Shown: positions 13,027 to 26,531 of the stretch, in pieces | How the letters are laid out: each line of letters starts with the position of its first letter | How positions within the stretch are numbered: position 1 is the stretch's first letter | NCBI GenBank assembly: GCA_016748015.1 | Contig: JAAOMT010000003.1 | Coordinates: 872,373-936,372, forward strand | From: Geosiphon pyriformis uo1 | Lineage: Eukaryota; Fungi; Glomeromycota | DNA length: 64,000 nucleotides | Reading direction: 5' to 3' | Position numbers and translations under genes: made by a program | Notes under the pieces: model-generated | Databases searched by the model: none | What the model was told of the DNA's origin: nothing | What the model saw: the letters and a program-made list of their open reading frames with translations, nothing else

Positions 13027-15679
13027 TTTTATTAAAATAAAATTTTGAGGAAAAAATTTTTTGACCGTTGCCTGAACTCTTATATAGTAAAAATAGGATA
13101 TTACCCAAAATATTTAATAATTATATTTATATAGATTTTTCTCTGAAACTAAGCCGCAAAAGGTTAACTTGTCATTGCTTGGGAATTTATTTGAGCATGT
13201 ATATATTATAAAGGAGAAAGCATAAGTAAAAATAGTTTTTGTTGTAATTCGGAGTCTTGCTAAATGCCACATCTCATAATATATTTTAATACCTCCCTCC
13301 CTTAAATTGAAGGGTAGTGCTTTTAAATTAATTCAAATAATTAGTAAATCTCCAAACTTTCTATAAGTCTTTGGTTGGGCTACTCTACAACATTTGAGAT
13401 AATAATTTAATTTATAAAATCCTCTGGAAACAAAATTTATTAATAAGTTAATTTGAATCTGTTTAGGTAGATTCGCATGCTCACGCAAAATCAATTTTTG
13501 AATTCAAACATAAAAGTGATGGCGTGAGATAATCAATTGCCAAAACTTTTTGGTCAATTTATTAATAATCGAAAAGAGTTTTTTAATGAAAACTTTAACG
13601 TCATTTTTGTAAGACAAACTAAAAATTTATTTTTAGTTTGTTAAATCTAACATTTTTATGGCAAAATGTGCGTCAGACAATAATCCTGTTTTTCCTTTCT
13701 TACCCAAGAAAGGCAAATTTTTAGGATCGAGATCTACCATAAAAAACCTCGATTCTCCTATTGGTTTGACTTTCAGCCAATCAATTATATCATGAAATTC
13801 TATTTTTCTCTAAATTGTAGAAGGTTTTAAGGTTCCAGTCCATAATTCTCAAAAGAGAAAACTTTTTTATTTTTTATGCTAAATTTAACTTGAAATGGTT
13901 AATGAGAAATATTAACATTATTTGCTAAAGGACAATCTTACCATAGATAAATCTGTAATTTATTCAAAATTAAAAGCATTCATCTTTTAAGAATTCTTAG
14001 AAGATGATACATATAGCCACATAATATAAATAAAATGCAAAGCCATAGAAACTTGTTAATTTTTATTCTTCTCAAAGCTTAGAAATGGTTTAAAAGTTGT
14101 TTATTCTTATTATATTTATTATTTATTCAAAGAAAAATACTTTTTCTAAAAATTTATTGAATCTTTTATAATTAAAAAATATTTAAAAAAAAACAAATTT
14201 TTAAAAATTGTTAAAATAATTTATTTAATTATTTTTGTTATGTATTAAACAAAAATTTAATATTCAAAGATAGAATTTTTTGATAATATAAATTCTTTTA
14301 ATAATAATAATAATAATAATTTTATTATAAATTTTTTTTCTAAAAACAAAAACAAATTTAATTTAATTTATTAATCTTAGATATTTCAATAAAATTAATT
14401 TTATTATTCAAGTTAAATTTGGTTTTTGTTCTTTAAATTACATTAAAAATTTTTTATTAATATAAAATTAAAATTTTAAATTCAATAAAAAAATCTATAA
14501 TATAATTTTTAATTTGTAAAATATTATTTTTTGCAATTTTTAATCATTTTTTTCAAGAATAATTGCAATTTTTCAATTATTTTATTATTTTTTAAGTTAT
14601 ATTGTTATTTTTTTCAGTTATATTATCATTAGTTCAATCATTTTTAATTATATTAATTTTTTAATTAGTTTTTTATATATTTAAATATCTTTTTAGTTAT
14701 TTATTTTTTTAATTAATTATTATAAATATATTTTTTATTATATTATAGTTTATTAATATTTACATATATAATTTTTTTCTTGCAAAAAATTCTTTTAATT
14801 TAACAAATATTAGTTATTTTTCCTATTTTAATTCTGTTTTATTTTGGTTTTAACTAAAATTTTAGTAATTTTATCTGATTTATATTAAAAAATACTTGAA
14901 AATAATAATTTTATTTTTATTATTAATTAAGTTATCTTATTGTTTAAAAATCTTACTATAAAATTATTAATATTTTTTAAATAAGTAAAAAAAAACCAAT
15001 AATAATAGCAATAATATTAGCTGATATTGCTAATAAAGATATAAAGTTTTGAAAAATAATTAACATTCATATTATTGAATAAATAGTAAAAATAGATTAA
15101 CAATTTTTGCTGCTCCTATTTTTTTTCTGTTAAAATTATTTTTTAGAAAGCTATATACTGAATATTATTAATTGTAATAATTTTCTTGAATTTTTTGACT
15201 TAATTAATATTTTTATAATAAACAAAAGAACTTAAATGATTTTATAAATAATTTCTAAATAGTTTTATTTTTTATAATGCTTTTTTTATTTATTATATTA
15301 TTTCTATTTTTAAATTTACTTGCTGTATAAACACCAATGTTTATCCTATTTTAATTGTGGCAAAATATATAGAAAGTTTATTCTTATTTGTTAATGTTCT
15401 TTTTAATTTAATCTTGTATAAATAGTCTAAAGAAATTGGAAATAAGACTTAATTATTTCAAGTACTAGAAAAAATTTGTATAATATTTTGTGTTTACATA
15501 GTTTTTTTTTTGTAAATTGTTTTCAATACAGTCATAAAACATGTTTTAAAAATGAATAAACAAAAAAAAGTTAGCTTTAAACAAGATTAAAACATTTTTT
15601 GAAATTAGAAACATATTAATTAAAAACTTAGATTTTTTAAAATCATGATCTTAGAAAAATATTGTTAAATTATCTATTA

Positions 15680-17112
15680 CAGTCAGACCTCCATAAAAGA
15701 ACCCTCGATAAAAGAACAACCTCTTACAAAGAACATTTTTTTATAGAACCAATTGATTAATTAACAATTTTCCCTTTATATAAGAACAATCTATAAAGGA
15801 ACAAGAACATAATTTTATCAAACGTTTATTCGAAATTTACCTTCATATAAGACCAAATATCACGTGCTAGATGTTAATTGGTAATTGGGAAAAGACTTAG
15901 AATGTATTGAATTGATTTCATCCAACTTTCTTTTAAATCGATTTACATTGGATTTACTCTTTTTGATCATGTCTGTTTTCACGTACAGCCACTTAGCCCC
16001 TATTGTATTTCAATTCAGGCTTGCTAAAACCAAATCTAATATTATCGTTATAGGCACATTTTCTANNNNNNNNNNNNNNNNNNNNNNNNNNNNNNNNNNN
16101 NNNNNNNNNNNNNNNNNNNNNNNNNNNNNNNNNNNNNNNNNNNNNNNNNNNNNNNNNNNNNNNNNNNNNNNNNNNNNNNNNNNNNNNNNNNNNNNNNNNN
16201 NNNNNNNNNNNNNNNNNNNNNNNNNNNNNNNNNNNNNNNNNNNNNNNNNNNNNNNNNNNNNNNNNNNNNNNNNNNNNNNNNNNNNNNNNNNNNNNNNNNN
16301 NNNNNNNNNNNNNNNNNNNNNNNNNNNNNNNNNNNNNNNNNNNNNNNNNNNNNNNNNNNNNNNNNNNNNNNNNNNNTATAATATATACAGTATTATTATC
16401 ATTATATATTATATAATTTTATCTAATATTAATTTATTTTTTAGAAATAAATTAAACATAAAACAAGCAATTAATTATGTTGTTCAATCATGGTTTCAAG
16501 TAACACCTGTTACAATTCAAAACTGTTGGCAAAAAACAGATATTCTTTTCTATAATCAAGAATTAGAAATTCAAGAATCCGAAACATCAATTGCTATGGA
16601 TATATTCAACAATTTACCATCAAATGCACAACAATTGGTCAAAAATCTCGAAGATTATACTGTAGCAATTGATGAATTATTGGCAACTGAAAATATTTTT
16701 GATAATAATGAAATTATAGATATGGTTTTAGCCGATGCTCAAATTGAAACCAATACAATTAATGACTTGGAAGAAGAATTAAAAGAATCTCCACCTGCTT
16801 TAATTACAATTACAGAAGCATATGAAGCATTAAAAAAGGTAATTAGATTTGAAGAGCAATTAGCCAAAGAAAATTTTAGTATAGAAAACCAAAATTTACT
16901 TATATGAATACGAAAAAATGAAGGAAAATTCTAAAAAACAGGTAACAATTAATCAATATTTTAATAATAATAATAATAATAATAATAATTGATTGATTTA
17001 ATAAATAAATATAGTTTATTTGATAATAATTATAAAACTTTAAAATAGAACACCTCTAAAATGGAACATAATTTGCATGTCCCAACTGTGTTCTTTTATA
17101 GAGGTCTGACTG
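15680..17112 (+). mobile_element. pogo/Tigger-like Tc1/mariner DNA transposon (contains an assembly gap)
   Basis: TA|CAGTCAGACCTCCATAAAAGAAC ... GTTCTTTTATAGAGGTCTGACTG|TA gives a 22/23 TIR match and a TA TSD. The internal ORF LNIKQAINYVVQSWFQVTPVTIQNCWQKTDIL plus an acidic tail matches the DDE_1/CENP-B-type C-terminus. Confidence 0.9.
16066..16376. other. Assembly gap (N run)
   Basis: Ns. Confidence 1.
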
Positions 17113-18720
17113 TACTAAAAATATTTTACTCGAATTAACTTAATATTTTAATAAAAATTAGCATAATAGTTGATTATTCTAATTCTAATATACTGGAAGT
17201 TATATGAATAAAAACTTATTATTTCTGTAACTTTTTAAATAATACTGCAGAATGTTTTAAATATTTAATAGTTAATATGTTGTTTAAAAACCAGAAACTG
17301 TTCTATGTCTGCTAAGTTGTGTTTAATTTAAATCAATTATTATAAAGTGATAGTAATAATACAGTATTTATTATTTTTGTTTTTCTATTAACTTGTTTAA
17401 TTAATATTACAGAATTTTCTTAAGAATTGGTATTTAAAAGCTTAATAATATTCGAAGTAATAATAAAATATTCTATAACTCTTTTCTATTTATTCATAAA
17501 GTTTTTCATTCTGTAAATATAATTGGTTAAGTTAAATACATTTATAAAGATCATATTTATTGTTTTTTTAAGTTTTTAAAAAGCATTTTAATAAAATATT
17601 AAGATAAAATAGTTTAGATAAGATTCTTTTCTTAAATTGCTTCTTTTACTCTTATATGAGATTCTGTTTTACTTTTTTCTTCTAATTACTTTGAAAATGT
17701 TTTTTTTTGCAAAATAAAAATAATAAAAATAAACTATTTAAAAAGACAAATAATAATAGTTATAAAAATAATGAAAATTTTTACTTATATTACTAATTTC
17801 AACAAATTTTTTAATGTGTTATTATTAATTAATGTGTAATTTGCAAATGTTTTTTGTTTCGAAATTGTTTTGTAAAATCTTTAAACTGTAATTAGAAAAA
17901 CCATTAATAAAATAAAAGTTACATAAATTACAGTTGTTTGTTTGCTTTAATTTCTAGTTAATCCAAAATGAATTTCATGCTCTTACCAATAATATGGAGT
18001 CTTAATAACTCAAAACATAACTGTATAATACTCTTTGCTTATATTTGAAAAGATTTCAATTGGTTTTTTTGCATGTAAAGAAAACCAAAATCTTAATAAC
18101 ATAAAAAAAAGTAATAATAATAAACAAAAATATCTTTTTCAAGATAACAATGTTTTTATTAAACATGCAAAAATAAAATCTATAAAAGATTTATTTCTGA
18201 TCACACAATTTGCTATGTCAAAATAAATTCATTTTTTGCAATGAATTTAAACATAACCAGATCCTGAAAATGAAACCATTTTGTTGTTTTTTAAAAATTT
18301 TCCTGGACAAAAGATTTGTTTAAAAACCAAATTAAATGTTTTATTTATCCTTGTCATGAATTTATTTTTGTCATCTTTAAAAGTTGTTCCCTTTTAAAAA
18401 CCTGTATAAAAAGATAACTTGGGCCCTCTTTACAAAAATCTAGAACTCCTTATATCAAAACTAATGAAATTTGATGAGCATTGACATCCTCAAAATAAAG
18501 TATTTTCAAATGTTTTGTAAACAAAAGTTTTTTGTTGTTTGATACCCTTTTTCTTTCTTGTCAGGATTGCACACTGTCAAAAAGAAAAAAGAAAAAAATC
18601 ATAAAGTTTTTATCTGTTTTAGAATGTTGCAATGAAAGCTTGATATATTAAAATTAGTTAATGAAAAGCTTTGATATATTAAAAATTTTCATCATTAAGA
18701 TATCTTACTAATTATCCAAG

Positions 18721-18988
18721 TGATTATAGGTAATTAATCGAGCCACCATCAAAAGGAACAAATTTCGGAAATTAAAAATGTTTAATTGACATTAAAAGTT
18801 AAGTTAGCTGAAAGGGAAATTTATGTCATCAAATTTACATAGCAAAATTTAAATTGCAACGTTGATAAACAAAGTTTTTATCATATGTTATGATGTATCA
18901 TGTGAAAGAGACGATAAAGCCCGCTGAATCCTAAATTATTTTTATTTATAGGGGTGAGAATTGATTTCTTCATTGTTGAGTTTCCAAA
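18721..18988 (-). repeat. Non-coding repeat copy 2 (inverted relative to 8109-8418)
   Basis: See 8109-8418. Confidence 0.85.
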
Positions 18989-19574
18989 ACGAAGTGTAAG
19001 TGAATTATTAATAAATTCAAGAAATAAGTTTCATTATAGGAATCTAAATTTAGAAAATACTAATAATATAAATTAAGCTCATATTGATTCCCTTCGTTTA
19101 TAAACAGTGACATTGCGTTAGAAATTTTTCTAGTGTCCCAACGAGCATAATTTTTTGAGTTTGCTCGATATAGCTAGATGGGAATCACCTTTATGTGTGG
19201 GTCACGACCATTGTGGCAATGACAAAATATTGGATTAGTGAAAAATAACAAAAAAGAGAGCTTCGCCCTATAATAATAATAATAATAATAATGACGAGCC
19301 TACCAAATTTAGAGTTAAATATCAGATATATCACTTATCTTTCTAGCTTATGTGTTATGACTTCGACTTCGTCAGCCTTTTCTTATTGGGAGCTGGTAAT
19401 TAAAATTAGCGTTTCATTTTCATGACTTTTTCTGAAGGCTAGCTTTAACGAAAAGATGAGACTTGTATTCGAACAGGAGTTATCATGGGAAAAAATAAAC
19501 AAAACATAAAAAATTATACCAAATGTCTCCTAAGCACTTAATATATTTGCTAAGATTATTTCATATAAACAAGA

Positions 19575-19880
19575 AAATTAGCAATAAAATTATCAGAAAA
19601 AGGAATAGATGTATCTTATAAAACTATCGAAAAACATTTAATTAAAAATAAATATGCAAAAAGCCTTCTAAGAACAATAGCAATGCTTACTGAAACTCAA
19701 AAAAAGCACATATAGAATAGGCTTAAAAATATTTAGATGATGATTGAAAACATATTCTTTTTATAGATAATATCTTGTCAATTGTTTCAAAATACAATAA
19801 AACATTGACATAAAGATCTATGACCAACTTGCTTTTATGCCAAAAGATTAGGTTAAAATTTTCGTATAGAATGGGCTTTT
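19575..19880 (+). mobile_element. Decayed Tc1-family transposase fragment (HTH to first catalytic Asp region)
   Basis: Across frameshifts it reads KLAIKLSEKGIDVSYKTIEKHL..MLTETQKK/IE*A*KYLDDD*KHILFID/CQLFQNTIKH*HK..MPKD*VKIFV*, matching Tc1 L..H..R..WA..H...W...F.DE..F.L....W. Confidence 0.8.
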
Positions 19881-22031
19881 ATAAACAAATTTTGTTTTAT
19901 TCAAATAAATATAAAATTTAATATTTATTGTTTTATTATTGTAATGTTTTGATTTTAAAAAATATTATTATTGATTTGGGTTTCAATAAATTTATAAACA
20001 AATATTATTGAAATAGAATTTCTTTATAAGTTTTAATGATTAAAACACTTGAAACAATTATTTAATTGTTTTAATTATAATTTTAAATTAAATGTTAATA
20101 ATGTTTAATTTGTTGTTTTTTTGATAATTAAGATCTATAAATCATAATCATTTTAAAAGTTTGCTTTTCAAACTATTTTCAAATTGTATTTTTATTTAAA
20201 ACTTTTAGTAATCTTTATATTAATAATTTTTGTTTTTTTCTAATTTTATTTTTCTAAAAAATATATAATTAACACAATTAAATTATAAGTATTTTTATAA
20301 TTTTAATAAATATTTTTAAAACCATTTTTTTTAATAATAAATTTTACAAAATTTTTATTTTTAAGTTTGAAATTATTTGTTTTATGTATTAATTTTAATA
20401 AGTTTTATTACTGTCCAAATTTGGAGTTTCTATATTTTATCAAAGAGAAATTAATTTTAATAATAAATAAGTTTATGATTATGTTTTTTTAATATAATTC
20501 ATTAATTATTTAAATTATTTATTTACAAGAAATAATGTAAAGTTTATAGACAAGTTTCAAACCAACATTTACATTTTGAATAATTTTAAGCACAAGTTAA
20601 TATTTAAATTAGATAAGTAAATTAATTAATTATTTATTTTTTAAAAATATACATATAATAATTTTTTGTGCTATATATATACAATTTTTTTTTGTTTTCT
20701 ATTTTTTTTGCAAAAACAAAATGAGAAAAAACTAATTATTCATTTTGAAAACAAAGTACATATTTTTTTGGTCTTTTTAAAGTCTAAATTTTAATATTAT
20801 TAAGAAATTGTAAATAACAATAAAACATAACATGATAAAAACAATTACAAAATTGGTTAATAATATGTTTAAAAAACCCAAATAATAATTGCAACATTAA
20901 AAATACCTATTAAATATCTTTTAAGGACACTTTTGAATAAAAAGGATTTGTGAGAAAATTTAAAACTAAATTTTGTAAATGACATAATAAAGCCAATTAT
21001 TTTAGGCTCTTAAATTTTGAAAGAATCGAGCAGAAAAGTTGTTGATGAATTTTAGCAAAGTGTCATTGTACTTTGATCTTGGCTTTCCTTTTAATCTAAA
21101 ATTGGGTCACAGCCTGCACTTGTAAGTTGATGACGTCAAAATGACGTATATTATGTTTTTTAGTAGTTCTACACAAGATCTCTATTAATTTCTCGTAATT
21201 TCCAAAAATTTTAAACGAGAATATGTAACGCGTTCTGAATGAAGTTTGCCAAAGATCATTGGTTTTAAAGGTGTCGTCATTTTATAATAATTGAGTATGT
21301 GATTCAGATTTTGGGACATTTGAACACAAAATGGCATGAAAATTGGAATAAAGACATGTTCGATTGTGCACAGATAGTACCAAAAAATTTGAAAACTTTT
21401 CATTAATTATATGCTTATATCTGTTTGCCCTGTAATTTTGTATACCCATTTAAAATTAAATAAAGGGAATTGGATATTTTCACCAAATCTTGATTTACTG
21501 TTAACTTGGCAGTTGCATGCATTATTTATCTTTTGAAAATCAGGTTTCAAAATTTGCCCATTTTTTTTCAACCATTATTGATATATAGTCATGCAGTGAG
21601 AATTCCAATCACAAATAACTTTTATCAAACCTCCACGATACACAAGCTGCATAAATCAAAAGTGTAATTAAGCTGGCAGAATTCATGTAAGTATATTAGA
21701 TATTATCATTGGTATTTAGTCATCCTGTCAATCGTATCATCGAGAAATTTCAAATTTGATGAAGAAAATTGGATACATAAAAATCGGGATTTAATGAAAG
21801 TGACGGTGGTAATTACTTTGATCATTTTTATATTCTATAAAAATTTGATATTTCAAATCGTGATCAGTAAAGAAAGAATATACATGGATATAACTGTTAT
21901 TTCAACACATTTATAATAATAGTGATAAAATTTATTTATATAAATAAGATTAAAATATAATAGTTCCACTGAAAATGAAAGTAAGTATAAGAAAACATTT
22001 TAAAAAAATTTTAATATATTAAAAATTGGGG

Positions 22032-22057
22032 TATTATTATTATCATTATTATCATTA

Positions 22058-22124
<67 letters not shown>
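22032..22124. repeat. (TAT)n microsatellite
   Basis: Direct read. Confidence 0.95.
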
Positions 22125-24699
22125 TTGAACCATTAAAATATTTTGCGTAAATAAAATGTGTTATAAAAAAACAAATTAAAATATCATATATAAATTAAAA
22201 AATTACTTCATTCATTTCTATGGATAATGAAAATATCTTATATATTGATAAAAAATTAGCAGGGGATGAAAATATATTATTCCGCTTATATAACATCAAT
22301 TAAATGCAATTTTAAAATTATCCAATAGGAAATTATTTCAATATCCAAGCTGCAATACCACATTTCGCAATATAATGCATACTGCAACAAACTAAACAAA
22401 CTTCAGGGGGGAAGGGAAGGGAAGGGGAGGGGAGCAAAACTTAAACGCTTAACAGTATTTTTAATTCTTAAAATATGATTTCAATATAAATTTTTGAAAT
22501 TAAAAAGAAAATTATTAATTTTATTTTCATCAGAAATTAAATCTTATCAGAACCTTCAAATAATTTTTTTTTGACTTGAATTTCATTGAGAAAAAGCTTC
22601 TTAAAATAAATTTTCATTGTAAATAAATATCCTTAATGAAAAATAATATAAGAAAACTTTATCGAAACCTTTTTAATATCCTTCATGGCCTTTACAGTTT
22701 TCAATTAAAGTTGTACAAAAGATTCTAAATTAATTTTTTTCTTGCCAATGTAAATCGCATACAAACGGGTTAGATGTCAAAAAGAAGCTGAAAAGTCATT
22801 TGAAAATTTTTTGTTGATATTTAAGTATCTTGAAATAAACATCCTATTGAGGCGCATTAAGATTATAAAACATATCTTTGATCATTAGCGCGTAATCTCC
22901 GCATGAATATATCGGGGTATTTTTCTTGTCCAAGGCAAACAATTAAAAATTACAGAATTACTCATTTTTTTAAATTTAATTAAAGTTTTCATATCAAAAA
23001 AAATTCCTAAATAATGAGAAACTGATTTGCTTAAATAATATCAGCTACAGTTTGCATTATAGAATTTTTTTTTTGAAAAATAAATTAAAGTTTTAAATTT
23101 AAAAAAATATTTTTGAAAAAATTCAATGAGACTGAAAATTTTAAAACCCATATATCTGCATGATCTCTTAAAGAGTTTAATATGCGAGCTGGAGATCAGG
23201 AAATTTTGCTTTGATAATTATGCTTAATAATTAACATGCTCGATCAAAATTCCATCAAATCTTCTTGTTAAGCCTAAAATAGGTTAGTCTCAAAAAATGT
23301 CCGCTTAAAATCGATTGAATATTATTGGGTGTTCATATTAGAAAATTCTAGCAATTGATACTCTTTGTTTTAAGCATACCAAAAAAAGGAAAAATAGGTA
23401 AGATTAAAGTTGGAGGCGTAAAGATACATGTACAATTATTTATTGGGAAATATTTAGGCCCCTTTTTTTACTTCAAGTTTCAAAAATAAAGCTATTTTTA
23501 CCCTATCCATTTTAAGCTATCATAAAGGGGGGTAAATTGAAAATTTAATGATCAAAATAAATATTAAAAAAAAAAAAATTTTTCCTAATAAATGGTGTCT
23601 TAACAAAAAAATTACTTGTTTTTAGAAATTTATTCTATTAAATTTTAAGTAAAAATTCATAATTATAGTTTTATTAAAACCCATATTTTTTTTTATGTAT
23701 TGATAAATATATTAATTTATCAACAACAATATCTCAGAATGATTAGTTTTCATAACTTTTTTAACTTCAAAAAAAAAATACTTAATTTTATCTGGTTTAA
23801 ATTGACTTTTTTTGATTTAATTTCGTCCTCAAGTAATTTATATCCATTAACGAAACTTTAAACCAAACTTCTAATTCTTTTTGAACCAATTTTTTTATTT
23901 TCATTTATCAAAAACTTTTTAAAATACACAATTTTTCCTATTTTTTACCCACTTCATTTTAGAAAATTAATATTTACCTTTTAATTTTGATTTTGAAATT
24001 TTTTTCTATAACTATATTTCATTATAAAACCATCAACCTTGAGAATTTATTATATCTCTCAAAAGTTTTTGTTGACATATTGGTAAATTTTTTGTTTTGC
24101 TCCGAGTTTTCAATACTAAATACCTTTATGCACAAAATATATTACTGGGGAGCATTCGGGAGCACTTAATATTTTTAAAGCTCAAAACCTTAATTTTCTA
24201 CAAGTCATACGTCTTTTTCGTGTTCAAAATGACCGTGCCATGTTGGACAAAGATTAATCATTAAGTTAATAATAAAACGGTATGTTCATACGCCATTATG
24301 CATTGAAGAAAATTCCAATTTAATAAATCAGTCCTACATTCCCTTTGCTTACAAAAAAATTAATAATTGCACGAAAAATTTTTGCTAAACAGGTATCAAA
24401 ATTAAATAACCAAAAGAAGTCAAGCTCAATTTTTAGAAGGTTTTTTAAGTAATAATCAATCAATATCTTGGCAGTAGATTTTCGAATTACGTTTTGATCA
24501 TGCGTAAAGGGTTAATACTACTCAACTTTTCATTGACCAGCAAATATTTTCCTATTATCAACATTATAATTAATCGCCCGATCCTTTGTTTTGGTGATTC
24601 CCGAATAAAAAAGTTCAACGATCCCCTCCTCATTGCTGAAATCTACCGATACTTAAAGCTACCAATGTAGATTTTAATGGTCGAATGATTCTCAGAAAT

Positions 24700-24735
24700 C
24701 TCTTCTTCTTCTTCTTCTTCTTCTTCTTCTTCTTC
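24700..24735. repeat. (CTT)n microsatellite
   Basis: Direct read. Confidence 0.9.
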
Positions 24736-25886
24736 ACTAGACAAGTTATTTTCCGAACTGCCATGGTTGTCGATGAACACAGGATGTGCATTTTGAATGA
24801 CCAAGGGTAAAATGTTTAGCATTTAGTCAAAATACTCAATATTAGCTTAATGAGGTTAACGTTTCTAATCGCTTTGTTTTGGAAAAATTCCCATTGTTCA
24901 ATGGGTAATTGCAACTCCTTTTGTATAACGTACTTTGGTTTACTTAATCGGGATATATATCAAATATTTGTTATTTCAAAACAATACTCCTTTCTTTTTT
25001 AAGATTATAAATTGCATGCTTTAATGCACGTTATCAAAAATTAAAAATCTTTTTTTAATTAGTTCGAAAATTAAAAATTCGGAACAAATTCATGAATAGC
25101 TCCATAAAATAAAAAATTTGGTTTTGATCTTAAAAGAAAAAACTAAAAAGTGTACAAACCATATAAACAGCTTTATTAAATTAAAGAATATAACAAATAT
25201 TAAATCATTTATCATATCGAGATATTATGGAGCTGATTTTCTCCGCGATACTTTTGTGATCTTTGGTAATTCTTGAAATTTCAAATCCTTTTTACCATTT
25301 TAAGCAAGTTAACGAGACAAACTTTTTTTTTCCAAGGGCGATAAGATTTTAATTGAATCTTTGGGATTAGAAATCAATTTTTTAGACACAATTTAAATTT
25401 TCCATCCTTTTTTGCATCAATCCAATGAACTTAGAAAATGATGAAAGAATATATCACAAAACGGAGAATTTTTTTTTTTTTTTTGAACAGAGAAACTTGG
25501 GAAATGGACAATTCCCACTTGCATAATAAAAGATCACGCAGTTCTAACTGTGAAAGGCAATGGTAAGCACATGCCGTATTTTACATAATCTTCCACCGTG
25601 TTGACATACTTTGGTACAAGAATCCCCGAGCAATAATAAACGCTCACACAACCTCTAAAAATCGGATTTTTTGTAACTTATTCTTGATGTAACAAGTTTT
25701 TCATAAACTTAAAAAGTTAGCTGAAATTTGATATTCCCATTTTTAATATTCTTTTTTTTTTTTTTTTTTTTTTTAATCATACATAGTTCAATTTTTTGTG
25801 TGTGTTTGTGATCGATTAATAAATATGGCCCAATATTATCCTTTCCCCCAACTTTCTGCTCCTACTACACTACTATACACTTCATA

Positions 25887-26531
25887 ATGTTGCGAGAACT
25901 TTTACAAAAATTTTCAGAAATTAAAGACGCAGGTCCAAACGATGAAAACTTAATAGAATGCATCAAAAAATGGAGTGAATCAAACAAACTCAAAGAAGAA
26001 GAACTTTTCCAACGACTTTCAGAGTGTGCTCAAACTCGACCAACATATGCTTGCTTGGTTGGGTTTTCATATCACTATGGAATCGGTACTTCTGTTAATC
26101 TTTTCTCCATGATAAAATGGTATACTTTTGGTGCCGAAAATGGGGATTCAATCGCCCAAGCTCAACTTGGTTGGTGTTACTCGAATGGTTTTGGCGTTGA
26201 GGCCAACCCAGTAAAAGCATTCTTTTGGGATTCAATAGCGGCTCAAGCTGGCAACAACACTGCAGCTTTCAATCTAGCGCAATCCTATGTTTGGGGTCTT
26301 GCTACTCCGAGAGATTACAAAAAGGCATATTCGTTATATAAAAAGTCGGCAGATGGTGGGTGCGCGATCGCTCAATCTTTTCTTGCAAGATGTTACCAAT
26401 GTTCGTACGGAACACAAAAAGACATTCACAAAGCCTTAAGCTTATATAAAAGAGCATCAAAAAATGGGTTTGCTGAGTATGATTGGGAATTTAAAGAGAT
26501 TTTTGAGGGAACTTCATCGCCTTTTCGGTGA
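25887..26531 (+). CDS. Small Sel1-like repeat protein (214 aa, ~4 repeats)
   Basis: GFSYHYGIGT, AQAQLGWCYSNGFG, FNLAQSYVWG and LARCYQCSYGTQKDIHKAL. Confidence 0.9.
   Translation: MLRELLQKFSEIKDAGPNDENLIECIKKWSESNKLKEEELFQRLSECAQTRPTYACLVGFSYHYGIGTSVNLFSMIKWYTFGAENGDSIAQAQLGWCYSNGFGVEANPVKAFFWDSIAAQAGNNTAAFNLAQSYVWGLATPRDYKKAYSLYKKSADGGCAIAQSFLARCYQCSYGTQKDIHKALSLYKRASKNGFAEYDWEFKEIFEGTSSPFR

Larger units (their letters stand above)
14000..18600. repeat. Extremely AT-rich block, probably decayed transposon DNA (hosts the pogo-like insertion)
   Basis: G/C is very scarce and there are no credible genes; boundaries are approximate. Confidence 0.55.

Noticed and set aside
15885-16402. ORFs running through X residues
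   Set aside because: Artefacts of the N gap; only the part after ~16445 is transposase-like.
19140-19170. Sm-site-like aattttttg inside a cgagca..tgctcg hairpin
   Set aside because: No snRNA 5' motifs nearby, and such T-runs are common here.
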